Source: Gemmatimonadaceae bacterium (GTDB lineage: Bacteria > Gemmatimonadota > Gemmatimonadetes > Gemmatimonadales > Gemmatimonadaceae). From it: DNA of 57,102 nucleotides. The notes beneath the pieces were generated by a model, which made no database searches, was not told the origin of the DNA, and was given only the letters and a program-made list of their open reading frames with translations. Position 1 is the first letter of the stretch, and every line of letters starts with the position of its first letter. The stretch spans positions 1 to 57,102 of the forward strand of contig DATJIZ010000036.1 in NCBI GenBank assembly GCA_035492735.1, in the 5' to 3' direction. The position numbers were made by a program, and so were the translations under genes. Of the stretch, positions 17,223-29,790 are shown piece by piece.

Positions 17223-18590
17223 TCACTTCGAACCACCCTCGGACTTGCGCCGCAACTCCTCCCACCATGCCAGCCGTTTCGCAATCTCCTTCTCGAAACC
17301 GAACGGCCCGGGCGCGTAAAATTGAGTGCCACGCAAAGGCGCCGGCAGGTACTCCTGCGGGATGTATGCCTCCGGCGCGTCGTGCGCGTATTGATACCCC
17401 GACCCATACCCCAGTTCCTTCATCAGACCGGTCGGTGCATTGCGGATGTGCAAGGGCACGGGTTCGGCCGGGTGTTCACGCGCGGCATCGAGCGCCGCGT
17501 TCAACGCCACGACGACCGCGTTGGACTTGGGCGCGGTCGCCAGATAGACGATCATCTCGGTGAGCGGCAGGTAGCCTTCCGGCGGCCCGAGCATGTGATA
17601 CGCATCACGTGCCGCGATGGCCAGCTTGAGCGCCTCCGGGTCGGCAAGGCCAATGTCCTCCGCCGCCATGGCGATCGCACGTCGGAACATGATCATGGGA
17701 TCTGCCCCGCCCTCCAGCATGCGTCCCATCCAGTACAGCGCGCTTTGCGGATCGCTTCCGCGCAGACTTTTGTGAAACGCGCTGAGCATGTTGTAGGTCT
17801 CTTCGCCGCGCTTGTCGTACCTGGCAAAGCGAAGCTGCAGCGCGTCGCGCATCACCTCGACCGTGATCCGGCCGCCGCGTCCTACGTGCTCGGCTGCCGC
17901 CTCGAGCACGGTCAGCGCCCGGCGCGCGTCACCATCGGCTTCCGTCGCGACGAGATCCAGCGCGTCGGCGTCGACCTCGAGGTTCCACGAACCCAGTCCT
18001 CGCTCGGGATCCGTCAGGGCACGCTCGACCAGTGCTCGAATGTCGGCGGGCTGCAGCGGTTGCAGTACGAACACGCGCACGCGCGACAGAAGCGCCCCGT
18101 TGATCTCGAATGACGGGTTCTCCGTGGTCGCGCCGATCAACGTGATCGTGCCCGACTCGACGTGCGGCAGGAAGGCATCCTGCTGCGCCTTGTTGAAGCG
18201 GTGAATCTCGTCAGCGAACAAGATCGTGCCGCGGCCCAGCCGGCGTCGCGCGTCCGCCTCGGCGACGATCTCGCGCACGCGCGGCACGCCTTCGGTGACG
18301 GCGGAGAACGGCACGAACTCCCGGTCCGTGTAGTGCGCGATGACGCGCGCGAGCGTCGTCTTCCCGCTGCCAGGCGGCCCCCAAAAGACCATCGAGCCGA
18401 CACTGCCTTTCTCGATCGCCTCGCGGAGCGGCTTGCCCAACGCGAGAAGGTGCTGCTGTCCCACCACCTCATCCAGGCTGCGCGGACGCATGCGCGCGGC
18501 GAGCGGCTGCGGAACGCTGCGCTCGAACAGCGATCCGGTTCCGCGCTCGCTGTCCCACTGCTCGGCGCTTCGCTTCTTCCGATCGGCCAT
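17223..18590 (-). CDS. rarA: Replication-associated recombination protein A (RarA/MgsA AAA+ ATPase)
   Basis: ATG at 18590 gives MADRKKR...[20 protein letters not shown]...[17 protein letters not shown], then [21 protein letters not shown] and a MgsA C-terminal domain. 455 aa. Confidence 0.9.
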   Translation of the reverse strand: MADRKKRSAEQWDSERGTGSLFERSVPQPLAARMRPRSLDEVVGQQHLLALGKPLREAIEKGSVGSMVFWGPPGSGKTTLARVIAHYTDREFVPFSAVTEGVPRVREIVAEADARRRLGRGTILFADEIHRFNKAQQDAFLPHVESGTITLIGATTENPSFEINGALLSRVRVFVLQPLQPADIRALVERALTDPERGLGSWNLEVDADALDLVATEADGDARRALTVLEAAAEHVGRGGRITVEVMRDALQLRFARYDKRGEETYNMLSAFHKSLRGSDPQSALYWMGRMLEGGADPMIMFRRAIAMAAEDIGLADPEALKLAIAARDAYHMLGPPEGYLPLTEMIVYLATAPKSNAVVVALNAALDAAREHPAEPVPLHIRNAPTGLMKELGYGSGYQYAHDAPEAYIPQEYLPAPLRGTQFYAPGPFGFEKEIAKRLAWWEELRRKSEGGSK

Positions 18591-18606
18591 CAGTCGCGTC
18601 TCGAGG

Positions 18607-19320
18607 TCATGCCGCCGTGAGCGTCCGAGCGGCAAGATATAGTCCGCATCCGGCCACGAAGCCGAACGGAATGCGCGCGCCGCGGCGGTGCTGCAGTTCC
18701 GGTACGAGGTTCGACGCACCCACGTACAGTGTGACTCCAGCCGAAATCGCCAGGCCATAGACGCGGAGCACCGCCAGCGCCTCGGTCAGTAGCACGCCGG
18801 CGATCGTGCTCACGCCCAATGCCGCGGCGGCGAGGATTGCGGTGCGACGCCGCGCTCCCGCCGCCAGGAAGAGGCTCGAGATCGCGAGTCCCTCGGGGAA
18901 CTTGTGCAGGAGCACGGCGACGAAGACCAGCGCGCCCAGTGCGGCGCTCACACGCAGCCCGCTGGCCACGGCCACACCGTCGACGAACGTGTGCATCAGC
19001 AATCCGACCAGCGCCGACACGCTGACCATCTCCGAGACCGAGTGCGTCTCTTCGCCAAAGTGGAAGTGTCGGCCGATCGTGTGCTGCGTGAGATGAACCA
19101 GCACGTACGCGCCAAGCACGATGGCCGGCGCGATCGGCCCGGCGACTTCGACCGAATGCGGAAAGAGATCGATCAGCGACACCGAGATGAGAAAGCCCGC
19201 GGCGAACGACAACATCGTGTCGAGCACGCGGACGCTCCACGCCGCGCGCCACGCGACCGCGACGGCCCCGAGCACGTTCGCGATCGCGGCCGCCAGCCCG
19301 TACGCCAGCTCGGCGCGCAT
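18607..19320 (-). CDS. ZIP family divalent metal transporter
   Basis: Hydrophobic 237-aa protein with ZIP motifs (LLMHTFVDGVAVASG, VLLHKFPEGLAISS). ATG 19320 overlaps the upstream stop (TGATG). Confidence 0.8.
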   Translation of the reverse strand: MRAELAYGLAAAIANVLGAVAVAWRAAWSVRVLDTMLSFAAGFLISVSLIDLFPHSVEVAGPIAPAIVLGAYVLVHLTQHTIGRHFHFGEETHSVSEMVSVSALVGLLMHTFVDGVAVASGLRVSAALGALVFVAVLLHKFPEGLAISSLFLAAGARRRTAILAAAALGVSTIAGVLLTEALAVLRVYGLAISAGVTLYVGASNLVPELQHRRGARIPFGFVAGCGLYLAARTLTAA

Positions 19321-19847
19321 CACGCCGGTTGCAGTCCCAGTCGCTCCGCGGCCGCGCTGACCGCGTTCACCAGGTCGGGCGCCGAGGGAAAATGCTGCCG
19401 GTTCGTCTTCCAGCTCTTCGAGCGGAGCCGTGTGTGCTCCTCCAGTCCCTTGCCCTCGAGGAGGTACAGCCAACGGTCCGTTCGCGCGTAGATGAACAGC
19501 TCCAGGTTGGGATTGAGCGTGAGCTGATCGTCGGAGGTGTACACCGCGAGCTCGACGCCGCCATAGCGCGCGACGAGCACTTTGAGCCGGGCGATCGACT
19601 CCCGCACGTCGGGCAGCGCGATCGATTCACCCTTCCACGACCGCCCGCTGCGAAGGTCCTCGATCACCACGTCCACCGCCGGCGGCAGCTCCTCGCTCAG
19701 CGCGTAGAACAGGTCGACGACACGCTCGGCGTTGGCAACGACGTGCGCCGTGTAGAGGTCTCCCTCCTGTTCGAAGGTGAAGCCATCCGCGCTGACGCGA
19801 AAGCGCCGCCAGACCGAGGCCTCTGGTTGTCGCCCCCGAAAAAACAT
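19320..19847 (-). CDS. Hypothetical protein (175 aa), no family recognised
   Basis: Balanced, non-Arg-rich composition and an ATG start. It is wedged between cca (33-nt gap) and the ZIP gene (overlap). Coding is inferred from composition and context only. Confidence 0.55.
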   Translation of the reverse strand: MFFRGRQPEASVWRRFRVSADGFTFEQEGDLYTAHVVANAERVVDLFYALSEELPPAVDVVIEDLRSGRSWKGESIALPDVRESIARLKVLVARYGGVELAVYTSDDQLTLNPNLELFIYARTDRWLYLLEGKGLEEHTRLRSKSWKTNRQHFPSAPDLVNAVSAAAERLGLQPA

Positions 19848-19880
19848 GTCGCTCCCGTGTGCTATTGCCTGCGCGCCCGG

Positions 19881-21194
19881 CTATGCATTTCCGCCGTCAC
19901 CAGCGTACACACGTCGTGCTTCGTGGAGCAGCCACTCCGGCGTGTTTCGCATCGGATCTTCGAGCACCGAGCCGAGCAGGGCGTTCAGAATACTACCGAG
20001 CCGGGGCCCCGGCGGGATGCCGGCTCGGCGCAGATCGTCGCCGTCGACCGCCAGCGACCCGAGATCGATCGGGTCGCGGAGCGCGCTGGCCACCAGGCGC
20101 CGGTAGATCGGGCGAATGGAGACTGGGTCCGGTGCCGAGCGATTCGCCGCCCGCTGCGCCGACCACACGGCGCTCGCCAGGCGCATGAACGATGCGATCC
20201 GAAGCCGGCCAATCGCCGCCGCCCATCTCCGGATCGCGGCGTCCTCGATCGGGCGCCGGGTCACGAGCGCGTCGGTCATGTCCGTCCCGATCGCGTGCCA
20301 TCGACCCACGAGCAGCGAAACGTTCTGAATCTCCTGCCGCGAGCTCCGGAGTGCGGTCATCAGCTTTGTAACGGCGTCTGCGGGCAGCGACGAGAGGAGG
20401 CCCGCATACCGCAACATCCGGCGGCCTGGTCGTCGTGGCAGTCCCGGCTTCGCGAGAAAATCCGGCACGAGGAGCGCTTCGCGTGGAACGTCGTCGAGCT
20501 GCGGAATGAGCGCGTGGAACGCGCCCGTGTCGCGCCACATCTCGAGCGCCGCACTCGGACACGCGACCTGCTCCATCGTCTTGTCCAGCTCCTGCTTCAC
20601 GCGCTCGGGTGACAGACGGCCGAGATACGGCGCGCTGCGTTCGATCGCGGCGCGGGTCGCCGGGTCGAGAGCGAAGCCGAACCGCGCCGCGAACCGGATC
20701 GCCCGCAGGGCGCGCAAGCGATCCTCGCGCATGCGCTCATCCGGATCGCCGACGGCGCGAACGAGCTTGCTCTCCAGATCGGCCCGACCGCCGAACGGGT
20801 CCCGGATCTCGCCAGTGCGCGGCGAATAGGCGATCGCGTTGATCGTGAAGTCGCGTCGCGCCAGATCCTGATTCAGCGACGCACCGAACTCGACGACTGC
20901 ATGTCGTCCATCGGTTTGAACGTCGTGGCGGAACGTGGTGACCTCGTGCATTCGGCCATGCCTGTCGAGCACCCCGACCGTGCCGAACTCGACCCCCACC
21001 GGAATCGTCTGGCGATTGCCGAACAACGCTCGCACCTGGGCCGGCGTTGCCGACGTCGCCAGATCCCAGTCCAGGTGCGGATGCCCGAGCAGCGCGTCGC
21101 GGATCGCGCCGCCCACGCACCATGTCTCGTACCCGGCGCTCTCGAGCCGATCCGCAATCTCGAGCACCGCCGGCGGCGGGTGAAGACGATTCAT
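19881..21194 (-). CDS. cca: CCA-adding enzyme / class II tRNA nucleotidyltransferase family
   Basis: WCVGGAIRDALLG, DWDLATSATP, FGTVGV, HEVTTFRHD and RRDFTINAIAY are the nucleotidyltransferase head motifs. I cannot separate CCA-adding from poly(A) polymerase or A-adding enzymes by eye. Confidence 0.8.
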   Translation of the reverse strand: MNRLHPPPAVLEIADRLESAGYETWCVGGAIRDALLGHPHLDWDLATSATPAQVRALFGNRQTIPVGVEFGTVGVLDRHGRMHEVTTFRHDVQTDGRHAVVEFGASLNQDLARRDFTINAIAYSPRTGEIRDPFGGRADLESKLVRAVGDPDERMREDRLRALRAIRFAARFGFALDPATRAAIERSAPYLGRLSPERVKQELDKTMEQVACPSAALEMWRDTGAFHALIPQLDDVPREALLVPDFLAKPGLPRRPGRRMLRYAGLLSSLPADAVTKLMTALRSSRQEIQNVSLLVGRWHAIGTDMTDALVTRRPIEDAAIRRWAAAIGRLRIASFMRLASAVWSAQRAANRSAPDPVSIRPIYRRLVASALRDPIDLGSLAVDGDDLRRAGIPPGPRLGSILNALLGSVLEDPMRNTPEWLLHEARRVYAGDGGNA

Positions 21195-21312
21195 GGACTC
21201 GGTGCGGGTGGACGGTGGCGGTTTGAGAATAGCGCGGTCCGGTACGTGGGTGAAGATGGTCTGCCACTACAACTTGGACGTTTGATCTACGATATTCTCA
21301 GCGGCACGCAAC

Positions 21313-21759
21313 GTGTCGATTCAACCGGGTCCGGAGTGCGGTGTGAACGAATTGGAGCGGGTGCTCGCCGAGTCGCGAGCTGCCGAAACATTTAAGAATG
21401 CGGTTCGCAGTTATTGCGCGACCGGCGACGCCGAGCACATCCGTGTCGAGGGAATGGCCCCCCGCATCAAAGTGAGGCGGCTACTCACGCATATCCTCGC
21501 CGCGGAGCCGCACCTTCCCATCGAACGTATCGCGCTCCGCGGCCGGTCGGGCTGCTCCGACTTCGTCGGTACCGTGCATGTCCACACCGCCACGGGCACG
21601 CATGCGTACGCCTTTGTGTGGGACTGCCGGATCCGCGCCGAGCAGGAAGGTTGGCGGGACTGCTTTGGATTTCCCGATCAGATTCGCGCCGCCGAGGAGC
21701 TCGACTGGCGCTGCATGGTGCGTTGGGAGCCGGTCTCGTCGAGCGTCGCCCAGAACTGA
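21313..21759 (+). CDS. Hypothetical Cys/Trp-containing protein (148 aa from GTG 21313; possibly 101 aa from ATG 21454)
   Basis: It is one of only three plus-strand CDSs in the window, and the only one between 15.4 and 40.8 kb. No family recognised. The first ~45 codons have weaker GC3 than the rest, so the true start may be the internal ATG. Confidence 0.4.
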   Translation: MSIQPGPECGVNELERVLAESRAAETFKNAVRSYCATGDAEHIRVEGMAPRIKVRRLLTHILAAEPHLPIERIALRGRSGCSDFVGTVHVHTATGTHAYAFVWDCRIRAEQEGWRDCFGFPDQIRAAEELDWRCMVRWEPVSSSVAQN

Positions 21760-21778
21760 CCGGGCGTCCAACGCCGGA

Positions 21779-22750
21779 CTAGGCGCGCTCCAACAGGTGG
21801 CGAATCGCTTCGACACTCATCTGCGCGCCGAGCGCGAGCATCACGTCGATGCGTGCCTGCTGCGGTCGGCGCGGGCCTGCGAAGATCACGCCCAGTTCGG
21901 CGAGCCGACGTCCGCCGCCAGCATAACCGTATGTGCAGCCGACCCGACCGCGCGCGACACGCGAGGTCATCACGACGGGTTTGTCCTCGTCGATCCATCG
22001 ACGGATCCCGTCCACCATGTCGGGCGGTACGTTGCCGCGGCCCAAGCCCGCAATGACGACACCCAGCCCCCGCTCGCGCGCCGCATCCAGCAGCCGGGAG
22101 TCCGCGCCCGAGTACGTGTAGATCACGTCAATCGGCTCGGCCAGGCGCGGTGGCGACAAAACACTCGTCGGTGAGGGCAAGGCGCGGCGAAAAATGACTT
22201 GGCCGTCGTCGATCACGCCGAGCGGGCCGAGTCCGGGACTATCGAACGCCTCGAGCTTGGACGTGTGCGCTTTGGTGACGTCGAGCGCGGTGTAGATCCG
22301 ATCGGAGATCACGACGACCGTGCCACAGCCGCGAGCCTCGCCGCACGCCGCGACACGAATCGCGCCGCCAAGATTGCCCGGTCCGTCCCATCCGAGATCG
22401 CTCGACGTGCGCATGGCGCCGGTGAATACGATCGGCTTGTCGCTCGCCACAGAACGCGCCAGAAGGTATGCCGACTCCTCGAGCGAATCGGTCCCGTGCG
22501 TCACGACGACGCCGTCGACCTCGGGCCGCCCAACGTGCGCGAGGATGCGCTCGCGCAGCGCCCACATGCGCGCCGGCGTCATGTGCGGCCCGGGAAACGC
22601 GCCCCAATCATCGATCTCGAGCCGGGCGAGCTTGTCGATCCCTGGCGCGAGGGCGACGATCTCGTGGCCGCGCAGGCTGGGGACCGCGCCGCCCGCGACA
22701 GGATCGTGGCGCATCGAGATCGTTCCGCCGGTGAAGACGAGGACGATCAT
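21779..22750 (-). CDS. L-asparaginase, type I (cytosolic) family
   Basis: ATG at 22750 gives MIVLVFTGGTISM (the TGGTI motif), then VVVTHGTDSLEESAY and GLGRGNVP. 323 aa. ATGA overlap with the SDR gene stop. Confidence 0.85.
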   Translation of the reverse strand: MIVLVFTGGTISMRHDPVAGGAVPSLRGHEIVALAPGIDKLARLEIDDWGAFPGPHMTPARMWALRERILAHVGRPEVDGVVVTHGTDSLEESAYLLARSVASDKPIVFTGAMRTSSDLGWDGPGNLGGAIRVAACGEARGCGTVVVISDRIYTALDVTKAHTSKLEAFDSPGLGPLGVIDDGQVIFRRALPSPTSVLSPPRLAEPIDVIYTYSGADSRLLDAARERGLGVVIAGLGRGNVPPDMVDGIRRWIDEDKPVVMTSRVARGRVGCTYGYAGGGRRLAELGVIFAGPRRPQQARIDVMLALGAQMSVEAIRHLLERA

Positions 22751-23505
22751 CCGCAGAGGACGCTGCCGCCGTTCACATTGAGGATCTCGCCAGTGATGTG
22801 CCGCGCGAGATCGGAGCACAGGAACACGATGGGGCCGGCGATGTCGCGCGGATCGGCGATGCGACCGATCGGAATTCCCGCCGCGATTCGCTCGCGCCCG
22901 CCGTTGGCGAACGGCCGTTCGCACATTTCTGTGTCCACCCATCCCGGTGCGACGCTGTTCACGGTGATGTCCCGCCGCCCGAGCTCGGGCGCCAGGCTCT
23001 TCACCATCGAGATGATGGCGCCTTTGGTCGCGGCGTAGTCGGCGTGGTAGGCTTCCCCGCGTTGTCCCGCGGTGCTCGAGACCAGAACGATGCGGCCGTG
23101 ATCATTCATCGCGCGAATCGCCGCGCGCGTCGAGTAGAAGACCGAATCGAGATTGTCGCCCACGGTGCGGCGCCACTGGTCGTGCGTCATCTCGCTCATT
23201 GGAACATCGTCGCACGGCCAGATGCCGGCGTTCGCGACGAAGAAATCGAGCCCGCCAAGTGATTCGGCCGCGCGCTGCACCAGCTCCTCGCCGCCGCGCT
23301 CGGTCGAGATGTCGGCGGCGTGCGCAACGGCCGCGATCCCGTGCGCCGCCGCCAGCGACGCAGCGAGGGCCTCGGCGTCGGCGCGACGATTCTTGTATCC
23401 GATCGCGACGTGCACGCCGTGCTCGGCGAACAGCTGAGCCGCGGCGGCGCCGATCCCGCGGGAACCGCCGGTGACGAGCGCTCGTTTGCCAGCGAGACCC
23501 TTCAT
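22747..23505 (-). CDS. SDR family oxidoreductase (FabG-like)
   Basis: TGGSRGIG cofactor motif, NAG, and catalytic S...YxxxK (YAATKGA). 252 aa. Confidence 0.85.
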   Translation of the reverse strand: MKGLAGKRALVTGGSRGIGAAAAQLFAEHGVHVAIGYKNRRADAEALAASLAAAHGIAAVAHAADISTERGGEELVQRAAESLGGLDFFVANAGIWPCDDVPMSEMTHDQWRRTVGDNLDSVFYSTRAAIRAMNDHGRIVLVSSTAGQRGEAYHADYAATKGAIISMVKSLAPELGRRDITVNSVAPGWVDTEMCERPFANGGRERIAAGIPIGRIADPRDIAGPIVFLCSDLARHITGEILNVNGGSVLCG

Positions 23506-24077
23506 AGCGCACGCTCCACGTATTCGCAGATGAGGTGCTCGATGCAGAGGTGCATTTCCTGCGCGCGGTCGGTCCTCGTGGTGGGGATCACAACCGAATG
23601 GTCCGCGATCTCGCGCAGGCTGCCACCGTCGCGCGCCGAAAATGCCAGCACGCGCACGCCCTTGGCGCGCGCCGCCTGCGCGGCGCGCAGCACGTTCGGC
23701 GAGTTGCCGCTCGTCGAGTGCACGACGAGCAGATCACCGCGCCGCGCCAGCGCCTCGACCTGCCGCTCGAACACCGAGTCGAAGCCGAGGTCGTTGCCGA
23801 CGGCGGTCAGCAGCGAGGTGTCCGTCGTGAGCGCGAGCGCGGGATAGGCGCGCCGGTCGCGCATGTAGCGGACGACGTATTCCGTCGCCATGTGCTGGGC
23901 GTCGGCGGCGCTGCCACCATTGCCGCAAAAGAAGAGCGTGCCACCGGCGGCCACGGTCTCCCGCACCATCGCCAGCGCGGCCTCGAGTTGCGGTCCCATC
24001 TCGTCGGCAACACTCGACGCGAGCGCCGCCAGCTCACGCAGTCCCGCGGCGAAATGCTGCCGGACGTCAGAGTTCAC
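23502..24077 (-). CDS. gmhA: Phosphoheptose isomerase (SIS domain; GmhA/DiaA family)
   Basis: FFCGNGGSAADAQHMATEY..., LVVHSTSGNSPNVL and QEMHLCIEHLICEYVE match GmhA. GTG start at 24077. Confidence 0.85.
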   Translation of the reverse strand: MNSDVRQHFAAGLRELAALASSVADEMGPQLEAALAMVRETVAAGGTLFFCGNGGSAADAQHMATEYVVRYMRDRRAYPALALTTDTSLLTAVGNDLGFDSVFERQVEALARRGDLLVVHSTSGNSPNVLRAAQAARAKGVRVLAFSARDGGSLREIADHSVVIPTTRTDRAQEMHLCIEHLICEYVERAL

Positions 24078-24099
24078 GAATGGCTCGACTCGAAAGAGG

Positions 24100-24855
24100 T
24101 TAGGCCGGTCCGAGCACCAGCTCGCGCAGCCGGCGGATCATGTCGAGGTGGAGCTTGACCGGCGGAACGGGCAGGACGTCATCGTCCGCCAACAGGCGGC
24201 GGGCATTCTCGTACGTGAGGAGGTTCGCCGTCTCCTTCGTCGTCACCTCCTCGAGCCACTGTCGCGCCGTCTTGAGCGTTCGTTGATCGACGTGCGTGTC
24301 GCTCGCGAACAGATCGACCATGCCGCGCGCCAATAGTTCCTCCGCGAGCCGGTGCATGCGCCGAGGGCCGAGAATGGCCGTCACGTCCATCTGGATCACC
24401 GCTCCCGAGCCGCGCCACTTGGCCACGACGGCCACGCTGCACCCCCAATAACGCTCGGGGTGGGCGACGACCGGGACCAACCCGCTCATGCGGAGCCGCA
24501 ACAGCTCTTTGGGAGCGGTCGGCGGGAGCCCCATGCGCGCGAACTCCAGGAGGCGCGCCGTCGACCCGCCGAGTCCGAGCCGTGGGTCGCTCAAATCGGC
24601 GCCCGGGGCGTCGAGCAGAATCTCGAACCCGCGCAGCAGCCGAGGCACGCCTGGCGCTGCCGCCGCGAGCTGCGCGAGCAGCGCGTCGTGGCGGTCGTGC
24701 GGCGCCTGCGGCGCACGGGACGCCTCGAGGTGCGGTGTGCACACCACGTCCGTCACGCCGTCGGCCGCGAATCGCCGCAGCACCTCGACCGAGGCGCCGA
24801 TCGAGCGCGACCCATCGTCCACGCCGGGCAGCAGATGCGTGTGGACGTCGATCAT
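24100..24855 (-). CDS. PHP-family metal-dependent phosphatase, CpsB/YwqE (protein-tyrosine phosphatase)-like
   Basis: MIDVHTHLLPGVDDGSRS is the hallmark CpsB/CapC N-terminus, followed by VCTPHL, HPERY and SDTH metal ligands. 251 aa. Confidence 0.75.
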   Translation of the reverse strand: MIDVHTHLLPGVDDGSRSIGASVEVLRRFAADGVTDVVCTPHLEASRAPQAPHDRHDALLAQLAAAAPGVPRLLRGFEILLDAPGADLSDPRLGLGGSTARLLEFARMGLPPTAPKELLRLRMSGLVPVVAHPERYWGCSVAVVAKWRGSGAVIQMDVTAILGPRRMHRLAEELLARGMVDLFASDTHVDQRTLKTARQWLEEVTTKETANLLTYENARRLLADDDVLPVPPVKLHLDMIRRLRELVLGPA

Positions 24856-25159
24856 GCTATCGCGAGGCCCGCGAGCCGCTGCAGTGCTTCGATCGCCCGC
24901 GGGGTAAGGGATTCGGGGCTCTCGCTCGCCGCCTCGAACGCGTACGTCACCAACGCGTCCACAGTCAACAGATCGAGCGCGGATTCGCGGCCCGCCGACG
25001 GACGTGCGACGAGAACCTGGAGCAGACGCTCGGCGCCATCGAGAAACACCGCGGTCGCGTCGTCGGCCGTCGCATCGAGCTCATCGCCCACCGCGCTGGT
25101 GATCCGGGCCGTCAACTGAGGCGGCGCGGGCGCGCGGTCGCGGAGCCAGTCGCCGACGC

Positions 25160-25163
<4 letters not shown>
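24852..25163 (-). CDS. Hypothetical small acidic protein (103 aa)
   Basis: ATGA overlaps at both ends, with the alaS stop and the phosphatase start. High GC3. No family recognised. Confidence 0.5.
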
Positions 25164-27952
<2,789 letters not shown>

Positions 27953-28000
27953 GTTCGGGAATATACGTGAACTCGCAGCCGGAATCAGCAAAGCGAGATG

Positions 28001-28507
28001 CTAGCCGGTGTTCCCGATCACCGGCACGTCCGCGAGAACCTGGCGAAGGACGCGCTGAATGTCGTCGTTGTCGTAGCCGCGCCGCGCGAGAAAGCCGTAC
28101 AGGCGCCGCTTCCGAGTGCCTTCATCGACCTTGGCGAGCGTGCGAAGCTTCTTGCGCGCCACGCGCTCGATGGACGCATCCTCGTCGATACCTTCGTCGC
28201 CGAACACTTGCTCGACCGCTCGATCGGCCGTCGACCGCGCCACTCCTCGTTTCGTCAGTTCTTGCTGAATGCGCCGGCGCGACAGCCCCGCGCCCACCGC
28301 CTTTGACCGCGCCAATTGCTGCGCGAAGTTCGCGTCGTCGAGCAGCCCAGCCGCCCGCAAGCGCTCGATTGCCTCGTCGACGTCCGGCTGCGGCTCGCCC
28401 TTCTTGATCAGCAGTCGCCGGAGTTCCTCGACGGCACGCGCGCGCGCCTCCAGCATGTCGAGCGCACGCTCGTAGGTCGATCGCTTGGGCTTGTTGGATG
28501 AGACCAT
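28001..28507 (-). CDS. recX: Recombination regulator RecX
   Basis: 168 aa with three helical repeats (AIERLRAAGLLDDANFAQQLARSK..., RRIQQELTKRGV..., LYGFLARRGYDNDDI). It lies downstream of recA. Confidence 0.85.
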   Translation of the reverse strand: MVSSNKPKRSTYERALDMLEARARAVEELRRLLIKKGEPQPDVDEAIERLRAAGLLDDANFAQQLARSKAVGAGLSRRRIQQELTKRGVARSTADRAVEQVFGDEGIDEDASIERVARKKLRTLAKVDEGTRKRRLYGFLARRGYDNDDIQRVLRQVLADVPVIGNTG

Positions 28508-28630
28508 CGTCGAAAAAGTAAGAACCGGGGAGCCGTAGCCTGTTCCGAAGGGAGTTTCCGGGTCCCATCGTCGCAGGACTACTTCTCCCCGGCCCGTATA
28601 TGCCAGCCGGTGCGAAGTCGCGGCGCGGAG

Positions 28631-29674
28631 CTACTCCTCCACGACCTCGATGTCGTTGATCACCTCACGAGGGCCAACGCCCAGCAGCGTCTTGACCTTC
28701 TCTTCGACCTCGGTCATGAGCGCGGGCGTGTCCTTGAGATAGAGCTTCGCGTTCTCCCGGCCCTGTCCGATCTTCTGACCGTTGTAGCTGTACCACGCGC
28801 CCGACTTGTCGATGATTCCCGACTCGGCGGCGATGTCCAACACCAGACTGGCGTGGCTGATGCCTTCCGCGTACATGATGTCGAACTCGGCCTGCTTGAA
28901 GGGCGCGGCGACCTTGTTCTTGACCACCTTCACGCGGACGTGCGAGCCGACGACGTCCTCCTTGTCCTTGACCGGGCCGATGCGACGAATGTCGAGCCGA
29001 ACCGACGCGTAGAACTTGAGCGCCTTGCCACCGGTCGTCGTCTCGGGGTTGCCGAACATGACGCCGATCTTTTCGCGCAACTGATTGATGAACACGACCG
29101 ACGTTTTCGATCGGGCGATGGAGCCGGTCAACTTGCGCAGCGCCTGGCTCATGAGCCGCGCCTGCAGGCCGACGTGCGAATCACCCATGTCGCCCTCGAT
29201 CTCAGCCTTGGGCACGAGTGCCGCGACCGAATCGATGACGACCACGTCCACCGCGCCCGAGCGCACCAGAATTTCGCAGATCTCGAGCGCCTGTTCACCG
29301 GTATCGGGCTGCGAGATGAGCAGCGCTTCCACGTCCACGCCAAGCTTTCTGGCGTACTCCGTATCCAACGCATGCTCCGCGTCGATGTACGCCGCGACGC
29401 CACCATTTCGTTGGGCGTTCGCTACGACATGCAAGCAGAGCGTCGTCTTGCCACTCGATTCCGGACCGTAGATCTCCGTGATGCGACCGCGTGGGATTCC
29501 ACCCACGCCGATCGCCGCGTCGAGATTGATGGCACCGGTCGAAATCGATTCGACCCGGACCTTTTGGTCCGCTCCCAGGCGCATGATCGAGCCCTTCCCA
29601 CAACTCTTCTCGATCTGCGCGATGGCCAGGTTCAACGCCTTCTTTTTGTCATCCTGCAAAGTCGACACAGCCAT
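28631..29674 (-). CDS. recA: Recombinase RecA
   Basis: Unambiguous RecA sequence ([77 protein letters not shown]). 347 aa. Confidence 0.97.
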   Translation of the reverse strand: MAVSTLQDDKKKALNLAIAQIEKSCGKGSIMRLGADQKVRVESISTGAINLDAAIGVGGIPRGRITEIYGPESSGKTTLCLHVVANAQRNGGVAAYIDAEHALDTEYARKLGVDVEALLISQPDTGEQALEICEILVRSGAVDVVVIDSVAALVPKAEIEGDMGDSHVGLQARLMSQALRKLTGSIARSKTSVVFINQLREKIGVMFGNPETTTGGKALKFYASVRLDIRRIGPVKDKEDVVGSHVRVKVVKNKVAAPFKQAEFDIMYAEGISHASLVLDIAAESGIIDKSGAWYSYNGQKIGQGRENAKLYLKDTPALMTEVEEKVKTLLGVGPREVINDIEVVEE

Positions 29675-29761
29675 TTTCCACTCATCCTCTCGGTTAGTCG
29701 TAGTCCGCTCTGGCCATGCAGCGTAATCGTACGGGAAACGGGTCCGATTCGATACCCGAAT

Positions 29762-29790
29762 AAAATACGAAAGCGGTGCTCCGGATTCAA
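29762..29790 (-). promoter_or_regulatory. Candidate recA promoter (TTGAAT-N17-TATTTT)
   Basis: The reverse strand reads TTGAAT (29790..29785), a 17-nt spacer, then TATTTT (29767..29762). This leaves a leader of about 80 nt ending in a GAGGATGAG SD. Motif match only. Confidence 0.3.

Noticed and set aside
21225-21299. 7-bp inverted repeat GAGAATA ... TATTCTC flanking about 60 bp in the cca / orphan-gene intergenic region
   Set aside because: It is too short and too widely spaced to distinguish from chance, and has no matching element elsewhere in the window.
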